64,000 bases of DNA from contig CM119268.1 in NCBI GenBank assembly GCA_051294375.1, positions 8,799,008 through 8,863,007 on the forward strand. The letters run 5' to 3'. Shown here piece after piece: positions 63,411 through 64,000 of this stretch. The notes under the pieces are model-generated. The model saw nothing but the letters and a program-made list of their open reading frames with translations. It was not told where the DNA came from and did not search any database. A program made the position numbers and the translations under genes. Positions within the stretch are counted from its first letter, which is position 1. Each line of letters begins with the position of its first letter. The stretch comes from Paraspadella gotoi. Its lineage: Eukaryota; Animalia; Chaetognatha.

Positions 63411-64000
63411 TTCTTTCTTTTTCTCTGTCTTCCTATCTCTGTCTCAACAAAATATTTTTCTGGTTTTGCGTAAAACTTTCCATTTTTTTTCCTTTCCACG
63501 TCATCAGCATTCAAGTTTTTTTTGTGTGTGTGTGCGAGAGAGAGAGAGGAGAGTATATTTTTGCCGTGCTAAGAAAGGACGGATCGACGGTATCGAAGCG
63601 CCAAATTGGGATCGCCAAACTCGCGCGTCGGGGAACCAGAACACCCCATTTATCATCCCGGAGAAAATCGCTTTTTGCGGCGCTTTTTTTGCTTTTTTTG
63701 CGGCGTCTTTGTGGCCTTGATGCGGCGTTTTTTTTTGGTGTTGTTTTCACAAAAAAAATTAATTTTGCCTTTTATAAAAAAAAACAAGTTTTTATAAATT
63801 TTCGTCCGGAATTTTTTTTTTTCGTTCACGAGTCTAAAATTTTTGGAATATTTCTTTATGAATTTTTTTTTAAAAGAAAATTAGTATTTTTATGCTTATT
63901 AAATTTGTACCCGCTCTTGAGATAAATGTTTGATTCGTTTTTCATTCGAAAAAAGATGCGTCGATCTGATTTTATAAATAGAACATCCTGCCATTTAAAG
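63041..64000 (+). other. Direct re-copy of ~60752-61721 after an N gap (probable assembly artefact)
   Basis: Same sequence with many small indels. Confidence 0.85.

Overview
Intron-rich animal (invertebrate-type) genomic DNA with AT-rich introns, CpG-rich exons and many (CT)n/(GA)n microsatellites. I assembled gene models by hand from splice sites and reading phase. The first ~36 kb is gene-dense: a Ser/Thr-rich mucin-like ORF running off the left edge, the first two exons of a trypsin-family protease (-), a small spliced membrane-protein ORF ending 8 nt before BSDC1 (+), a NIT2-like nitrilase (-), an ACE-type M2 peptidase (+), a neprilysin-type M13 peptidase (-) and a classical calpain with a long N-terminal extension (+). 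From ~38.7 kb there is a gene for a probably secreted modular protein. It has a ~40% histidine domain, furin-type sites, a duplicated 37-aa module and Trp/Asn-rich repeats, and it is the most unusual element in the window. Most of 42.9-57.6 kb and 63-64 kb is direct or inverted, indel-ridden re-copies of nearby sequence beside N gaps. This is most likely misassembly rather than real duplication.
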